The position numbers and the translations under genes were made by a program. Positions 58,774-63,723 of a stretch of DNA of 63,723 bases are shown here, piece by piece. Every line of letters starts with the position of its first letter. Positions within the stretch are counted from its first letter, which is position 1. The stretch comes from Methylocystaceae bacterium (GTDB taxonomy: Bacteria; Bacillota; Syntrophomonadia; Syntrophomonadales; JBLNAA01): NCBI GenBank assembly GCA_050259135.1, contig JBLNAA010000071.1, positions 1 through 63,723 on the forward strand, in the 5' to 3' direction. The notes beneath the pieces were generated by a model, which saw nothing but the letters and a program-made list of their open reading frames with translations, was not told the origin of the DNA and ran no database searches.

Positions 58774-59361
58774 TTATATCAGGGACTGTTGTTCTAAGAC
58801 GAGCATTTGTTCCTTATAATCCACACCCGTACCACCGCTAAAGCCGCCAATACCTGACTTGGCCACTACCCGGTGACAGGGAATAATTAATGGTATCGGG
58901 TTTATACGCATAGCACTGCCCACCCCCCGGGCATGGTGATTATCACTGTAAACCAGATTGGATAACTCACCATAGCTGATGGTGCAGCCGTAGGGAATGG
59001 CAGCAGTTGCGGCTAGGATTTTCCGGCTGGCCGGTGGTATGCCGGAGAGATCAAGGGGTATCTCAACCGTTAGCAGAGGTTTGCTGATAGATGGGACGAT
59101 TTGATTCCACCAATATCGCGCCAGCTTATAAGTCTCGGTAAGTTCAGGATCAGACCATACCACTTGGAAACAAACTGGCTTACCGAGAAAGTAGGCGGCT
59201 ACAGCCTCACTTAATTTATAATCACAGGTTTCAGAGTTAACGGTGAACGACGGGGCAGGCTCCAGCTCCTTAATCGGCAGTAAAAGCCGGGACAGCATGC
59301 TGCCCCGGCTTGTCACTTTCACATTACCCCAGGCGGTCGGAATAAGATGTGTTGTTTCCAT
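58774..59361 (-). CDS. ogt: methylated-DNA--protein-cysteine methyltransferase (Ogt/Ada C-terminal-type domain)
   Basis: Contains IPCHRVV (active-site PCHR) and IPYGCTISYGELS. The ATG lies 1 nt after the leuS stop. Confidence 0.85.
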   Translation of the reverse strand: METTHLIPTAWGNVKVTSRGSMLSRLLLPIKELEPAPSFTVNSETCDYKLSEAVAAYFLGKPVCFQVVWSDPELTETYKLARYWWNQIVPSISKPLLTVEIPLDLSGIPPASRKILAATAAIPYGCTISYGELSNLVYSDNHHARGVGSAMRINPIPLIIPCHRVVAKSGIGGFSGGTGVDYKEQMLVLEQQSLI

Positions 59362-59362
59362 G

Positions 59363-61822
59363 TTACTTTACCACGATATTGACCAGTTTTCCTGGCACAA
59401 CTATCACTTTGACCACTTTGCTGCTGCCCAGCAAATCTTTGACTCTGGGCATAGCCATTATCAGAGCTTCAACTTCCTGGGAGCTCAGTCCATTTGGTAT
59501 CTGCACCCGTTCTTTGACTTTGCCGTTTATTTGGATAACAATTTCGATTTCATCCTTGATTAGAGCTGTCTCATCCCAGGAAGGCAACGGCGTGTTGCTC
59601 AAGGTAGCCTTATGCCCGGTTGCCTGCCATAATTCCTCAGCTACATGGGGAGCAAAAGGCTCCAGTAAGGAGACCAGGGCTGATGCTGCTTCGGTTAAAA
59701 TCGCCGATTTGGCAGTTGCCAGTTCCTTGTAGCCAAACAGGTCATTCACCAGTTCCATGATGGAGCTGATGGCAGTATTAAAATTAAAGCGTTTTTCAAC
59801 GTCATCGGTAACCTTTTTAATCGTATAGTGAATACGGTAGCGCATGGCCTTGTCGTCAGCGGTAAGATCACTATCAGCCTGCCCCTTGGATTCATTTAGC
59901 TCCATTACCAGCCGCCATACCCGGTTTAAGAAGCGGTAGCATCCCTCAACCCCCTGGTCGCTCCATTCCAAATCACGTTCCGGAGGAGAGGCGAAAAGGA
60001 TAAACAAGCGGGCAGTATCAGCACCGTAACGGTTGATTATGTCTTCCGGGCTGACTACATTTCCTTTGGACTTTGACATCTTGGAACCTTCTTTGAGGAC
60101 CATACCCTGGGTTAAGAGGTTGGTAAAAGGCTCCTGTACTTTTACCAGGCCGGCATCATAAAGCACTTTAGTAAAGAAACGGGCGTACATCAGGTGGAGA
60201 ATAGCATGCTCCACGCCGCCGATGTACTGATCCACACTCATCCAGTAATCAACATCTTCCTTATTAAACGGCAGTTCACTGTTATGGGGACTGCAGTAAC
60301 GCAGGAAGTACCAGGAAGAACAAACAAAGGTGTCCATGGTATCTGTTTCCCGCTTGGCCGGCTTGCCGCATAGCGGACAGGTGGTGTTAACAAAGTCTTC
60401 AACATAGGTCAGGGGTGATTCCCCGGTCGGCCGGAAAGCTACATCTTCAGGCAACATTACCGGCAGCTGGTCATATGGTACCGGAACCGGGCCGCAGTCC
60501 GGACAATAAACCAGGGGAATGGGAGCACCCCAGAAACGCTGACGGGATATCAGCCAATCCCGCAAGCGGTAATTAATCGTACCAGTACCAATACCGAGCT
60601 GTTCCATTTCCTTAATAACAGCAGTAATACCTTCATCCACGGAATAGCCGTCAAACTCACCAGAGTTGGCCATTTCGCCCTCACCGGTGTAGGCTTCGGT
60701 CAGAGCATCACCGTCAAGATTTTCACCCTCCGGTTGGATGACCACCCGGATCGGAATGTTGTATTTGCGAGCGAAGTCGAAGTCGCGCTGGTCATGGGCT
60801 GGCACTGCCATAATGGCGCCAGTACCGTATTCAATTAATACATAGTTGGCAATCCAGATTGGCACCTTATCCCCATTCATCGGGTTAATGGCATAGGCAC
60901 CAGTAAAGACGCCTTCTTTTTCAGCTTCGGTGGAAGTGCGGTCCAGTTCGTTTAAGTATTTCATCCGGTCCTGGAAAGCTTTAACCGCTGCTGCTTCCGG
61001 TTTGCCGGCTACCAGTTTATCCACCAGCGGATGCTCGGGAGCCAGCACCATATAGGTTACTCCGAAGATGGTGTCCGGGCGCGTGGTAAAGACCGTCATC
61101 TTATCATCCATACCATCAACGGCAAGCTCAAACTGGCAGCCGGTAGAACGGCCAATCCAGTTGCGCTGCATTATTTTTACCTTTTCCGGCCAGCCCGGCA
61201 ACTGCTCCAGGTCATTGAGCAATCTTTCAGCATAAGCGGTAGTTTTAAAGAACCACTGTTCCAGGTAACGCTTTTCCACTGAAGTTTCACAGCGTTCACA
61301 GGCGCCATCCACTACCTGCTCATTAGCCAGTACGGTTGAGCAGGATGGGCACCAGTTGACCGCGCCCTGTTTTTTATAGGCCAGTCCCATTTCATAAAGC
61401 TTTAAGAACATCCACTGCGTGAACTTATAGTAATCAGGTTTACAGGTGGCCACTTCCCGATCCCAATCATAGGATATTCCCAGGCTTTTAAGCTGGCTGC
61501 GCATATTATCAATATTGGAGTAGGTCCAGATGGCCGGGTGGGAATTATTCTTAATAGCGGCATTCTCAGCCGGCAGCCCGAAAGCATCCCAGCCCATCGG
61601 ATGAAGTACATTAAAACCCTGACGGGCTTTGAAACGGGCGATAACATCACCAATGGCATAGTTACGAACATGTCCCATATGCAGATTGCCGGATGGGTAG
61701 GGGAACATTTCCAGATTGTAATACTTGGGTTTAGAGGGGGCGGTTTCTACTTTAAAAGAATGTTTCTTTTCCCAGTAAGATTGCCATTTCGGCTCAATAG
61801 ACTTGAAATCATACCGATCCAC
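59363..61822 (-). CDS. leuS: leucine--tRNA ligase
   Basis: 819 aa. Contains [11 protein letters not shown] (HIGH) and KMSKSKGN (KMSKS). GTG start 7 nt after AGGAGG. Confidence 0.97.
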   Translation of the reverse strand: MDRYDFKSIEPKWQSYWEKKHSFKVETAPSKPKYYNLEMFPYPSGNLHMGHVRNYAIGDVIARFKARQGFNVLHPMGWDAFGLPAENAAIKNNSHPAIWTYSNIDNMRSQLKSLGISYDWDREVATCKPDYYKFTQWMFLKLYEMGLAYKKQGAVNWCPSCSTVLANEQVVDGACERCETSVEKRYLEQWFFKTTAYAERLLNDLEQLPGWPEKVKIMQRNWIGRSTGCQFELAVDGMDDKMTVFTTRPDTIFGVTYMVLAPEHPLVDKLVAGKPEAAAVKAFQDRMKYLNELDRTSTEAEKEGVFTGAYAINPMNGDKVPIWIANYVLIEYGTGAIMAVPAHDQRDFDFARKYNIPIRVVIQPEGENLDGDALTEAYTGEGEMANSGEFDGYSVDEGITAVIKEMEQLGIGTGTINYRLRDWLISRQRFWGAPIPLVYCPDCGPVPVPYDQLPVMLPEDVAFRPTGESPLTYVEDFVNTTCPLCGKPAKRETDTMDTFVCSSWYFLRYCSPHNSELPFNKEDVDYWMSVDQYIGGVEHAILHLMYARFFTKVLYDAGLVKVQEPFTNLLTQGMVLKEGSKMSKSKGNVVSPEDIINRYGADTARLFILFASPPERDLEWSDQGVEGCYRFLNRVWRLVMELNESKGQADSDLTADDKAMRYRIHYTIKKVTDDVEKRFNFNTAISSIMELVNDLFGYKELATAKSAILTEAASALVSLLEPFAPHVAEELWQATGHKATLSNTPLPSWDETALIKDEIEIVIQINGKVKERVQIPNGLSSQEVEALIMAMPRVKDLLGSSKVVKVIVVPGKLVNIVVK

Positions 61823-61937
61823 TTTACTACCTCCTGGGTATTAATAATGAGCGCTTGCGCGAATTATGCGCCAAAATGCGGGTGCTTTAGCACCTACAAT
61901 GTGCATTTTGTGTGCATCGCACCGCGAGATAAATAGC

Positions 61938-62236
61938 AAAAAGTCTTCCTTCCCCAAAGGGACGGAAGACTAACTTTCCGCGGTACCACCCTGATTGACA
62001 GATAAAATGGTGGAGATGAGGGGATTCGAACCCCTGACCTCCTGCATGCCGAGCAGGCGCTCTCCCAACTGAGCTACACCCCCACGTCACTGTCCGCTTG
62101 ATGGCTATAACGTTACCACCGGCAGTCACTACTAATTTCGCAACTGCAGCTCCCCGGTGAGTTCAGCGTTGTTTGCTGGCTCACACCTGCCGCCAGCTCT
62201 CTGTATAAAACGCCTACTGCTCCGTCTCATTGCCAA
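61938..62236 (-). promoter_or_regulatory. T-box riboswitch leader, Leu specifier (CUC), interrupted by a tRNA-like insert
   Basis: On the minus strand, Stem I carries AATGAGA (GA motif), AGTA (S-turn), the AGAGAG bay and the distal loop GGCAGGTGTGAGCC. The specifier loop reads GAA-CUC-A (CUC at 62161-62159). An F-box-like CGTTA lies at 62112-62108. The T-box core AATCAGGGTGGTACCGCGG lies at 61996-61978. The terminator AGTCTTCCGTCCC-TTTG-GGGAAGGAAGACT plus TTTTT spans 61971-61938. Confidence 0.85.
62008..62083 (-). tRNA. tRNA-Ala-like (anticodon GGC, G3:U70, CCA encoded, C at position 33), embedded in the leuS T-box leader
   Basis: Hand-folded 76-nt cloverleaf: acceptor GGGGGTG/CATCTCC (with G3:U70 and G5:U68), D arm GCTC-AGTTGGGA-GAGC, anticodon arm CCTGC-TCGGCAT-GCAGG, variable loop AGGTC, T arm AGGGG-TTCGAAT-CCCCT, discriminator A, then CCA. 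Confidence 0.8.
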
Positions 62237-62257
62237 TTTATGCGGTTAACAATGAAC

Positions 62258-62286
62258 AGTATATAATCATTTGGGGAGCTAGTCAA
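62258..62286 (-). promoter_or_regulatory. sigma-A-type promoter of the leuS leader
   Basis: On the minus strand: TTGACT (62286-62281), 17-nt spacer, TATACT (62263-62258). Confidence 0.6.
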
Positions 62287-62394
62287 CTGGAAAACCATGT
62301 TTTCCGCAAAAATCCTATATTTTATCGTATATATATAAATTAAAAAATTGCGGCCTTTTTCTGCCAAGTATACAGAATATCTTTATCAAGGGTA

Positions 62395-62423
62395 TTGTCA
62401 AATTAATGGGACCCACATAAAAT
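62395..62423 (+). promoter_or_regulatory. sigma-A-type promoter of the ANTAR-regulator/glnA operon
   Basis: TTGTCA (62395-62400), 17-nt spacer, TAAAAT (62418-62423). Confidence 0.6.
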
Positions 62424-62469
62424 GTCTATAGGCAATGAAGCTTTAAGCCCTTGAAAATTTAATTAACCT

Positions 62470-62531
62470 AAGACAAAGGCGTCTTTAAGATTGGTGGTGT
62501 AATTAGGCACCCTGTCTTAAAGACGTTTTTT
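62470..62531 (+). promoter_or_regulatory. ANTAR-type leader: two small hexaloop hairpins competing with an intrinsic terminator
   Basis: P1 is AAGAC-AAAGGC-GTCTT (62470-62485). P2 is GGTGT-AATTAG-GCACC (62496-62511). The terminator stem CGTCTTTAAG (62480-62489) / CTTAAAGACG (62516-62525) is followed by TTTTTT. The P1 3' arm is the terminator 5' arm, so the two folds are mutually exclusive. Confidence 0.5.
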
Positions 62532-62576
62532 ATATCTTGAGGGCTTATGATATACAGTTCTGGTTGTTGAAGGCAG

Positions 62577-63143
62577 GTGGTGCCATTGGCGGGCAAAATC
62601 TTAATAGCAGACAGTACAGGTATTCAACGAGCGCAGATCGCAGATGCCCTAAAACATGCGGGATATCAGGTTGTGGCTGAGGTTGGTGATATGGGTCAGG
62701 CGTTACGAAAAACGCGTACTCTGATGTGCGATCTGGTAATCATCGATTCGGCACTTGATGGTGGTAAAGGCATCAAGACTGCTCAGATTATTGACGAAGA
62801 CCAACTGGCAGCTGTCCTGCTGCTGGTAAACCGGGAAGTTCTGGTCAATGCGACCCGATTGCCGTACCTGGTCAAACCAGTTTATGACTACACTCTGATT
62901 CCAGCTGTAGAAACGGCACTACTCTACTGGCAGCGGTACAGCCAATTAAAGAGTGAAATATTGAAACTCGAGGAAAAACTGGAGACCCGAAAGTTAGTTG
63001 ATCGAGCTAAAGTGATGATAATGACCAAATTACATTTAAGTGAACCTGAGGCTCACCGGTTCTTACAAAAGGAGGCCATGAACCGCGGTTTGACTCTCAT
63101 GCAAGTAGCCCGGGAGGCAATACGACGCCTGGATGAGAAATAA
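62577..63143 (+). CDS. ANTAR-domain response regulator (REC + ANTAR RNA-binding antiterminator)
   Basis: The REC domain carries DLVIID (acceptor Asp region). The C-terminal ANTAR helices read [39 protein letters not shown]. The start could be GTG 62577, GTG 62580 or TTG 62586. Confidence 0.88.
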   Translation: MVPLAGKILIADSTGIQRAQIADALKHAGYQVVAEVGDMGQALRKTRTLMCDLVIIDSALDGGKGIKTAQIIDEDQLAAVLLLVNREVLVNATRLPYLVKPVYDYTLIPAVETALLYWQRYSQLKSEILKLEEKLETRKLVDRAKVMIMTKLHLSEPEAHRFLQKEAMNRGLTLMQVAREAIRRLDEK

Positions 63144-63163
63144 AAAGGGAGGATGGGGCAAGA

Positions 63164-63723
63164 ATGACAATGATAATGAGTAAGGACAAAAAAGCAGAGG
63201 TTTTAGAAAAGGTAAGAGCTAATGGGGTGCGTTTTATTCGCTTACAGTTTACCGATGTGCTCGGTATTATGAAAAATATTGCCATACCCTCGAGCCAGTT
63301 GGAGAAGGCCCTGGATGGTGACTTGATGTTTGACGGTTCATCTATTGTTGGTTTTAAGGAGATTGAGGAATCTGATATGTTCCTTATTCCTGATGCCGAT
63401 ACTTTTAACGTTTTTCCCTGGCGCCCGAGCAATGGTTCAGTAGCACGCTTGATTTGTGATGTCTATAATCCCGATGGCACTCCTTTCCACGGTGATCCAC
63501 GGATGAATCTGAAACGGGTACTTAAGGAAGCTTCTGATCTCGATCTGGTTATGAATGTAGGACCAGAAGGAGAATTCTTTCTATTTACGGTTGACGAAAA
63601 TGGCCATCCGGTATTAAACACTCAGGATGAAGCCGGCTATTTTGATCTGGCGCCGGTGGATTTAGGGGAAGATGCGCGCCGGGACATGGTTTGCACCCTG
63701 GAAGATATGGGATTTGAAATCGA
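63164..63723 (+). CDS. glnA: glutamine synthetase type I, N-terminal part (runs off the window end)
   Basis: Not in the ORF track. Translation reads [42 protein letters not shown]...DGSSIVGF...FPWRP...GPEGEFFLF, which covers the GS beta-grasp and the start of the catalytic domain. SD AAGGGAGG. Confidence 0.9.
   Translation, partial: MTMIMSKDKKAEVLEKVRANGVRFIRLQFTDVLGIMKNIAIPSSQLEKALDGDLMFDGSSIVGFKEIEESDMFLIPDADTFNVFPWRPSNGSVARLICDVYNPDGTPFHGDPRMNLKRVLKEASDLDLVMNVGPEGEFFLFTVDENGHPVLNTQDEAGYFDLAPVDLGEDARRDMVCTLEDMGFEI

Noticed and set aside
61887-62129. 80-aa minus-strand ORF in the leuS leader.
   Set aside because: It spans the tRNA cloverleaf and the T-box core, so it is an artefact of translating structured RNA.
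1-63723. Looked for CRISPR arrays, IS elements or transposases, integrases, prophage genes, toxin-antitoxin pairs and known defence-system genes.
   Set aside because: None was found. Apart from the sigma-54 island, the gene content is conserved housekeeping and sporulation backbone.

Overview
This 63.7-kb window looks like core chromosome from an anaerobic, spore-forming Firmicute. Assigning it to class Clostridia is an inference from gene content and order. The gene order is the classic Bacillus/Clostridium housekeeping backbone: tRNA-Gly, tig-clpP-clpX, lonB-lon-engB, valS-folC, a DUF47/Pit phosphate pair, rex, maf-radC-mreBCD-mrdA-minCDE-rodA, a spoIVFA-like gene with spoIVFB, a radical-SAM pair with rng, rplU-prp-rpmA, a Spo0B-like gene with obg, proBA, spoVD, rubrerythrin, nadD-yqeK-rsfS, degV, leuS-ogt, and an ANTAR regulator with glnA. 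I saw no transposase, integrase, phage gene, CRISPR array or recognisable defence gene. The only accessory-looking block is about 9 kb at 49.4-58.6 kb. It holds two sigma-54 enhancer-binding proteins flanking an acyl-CoA dehydrogenase, a TVP38/DedA membrane protein, a small Cys-containing protein and a thiolase-like gene with a textbook -24/-12 promoter. The most unusual observation is in the leuS leader on the minus strand. A complete Leu (CUC) T-box riboswitch is interrupted by a perfect 76-nt tRNA-Ala-like cloverleaf (G3:U70, anticodon GGC, encoded CCA, but C33). It sits exactly where Stem III should be, between the specifier and the antiterminator. Other items worth a second look: a GC-rich, hairpin-dense element of about 225 nt, bracketed by a 16-bp direct repeat, in the 613-bp valS/EamA intergenic region (valS has no T-box). 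A second GC-rich intergenic island has tandem CCCCAAGAGG repeats. An ANTAR-type two-hairpin/terminator leader precedes the ANTAR-glnA operon. Candidate Pho, Rex-type and Fur/PerR-type operators are present. PBP2 carries a charged insertion of about 65 aa. Several ORF-track starts are 5'-extended; I give the start best supported by a Shine-Dalgarno sequence and family N-termini. All folds, motif matches and family assignments were made by eye from the sequence and translations. None was computed or searched.
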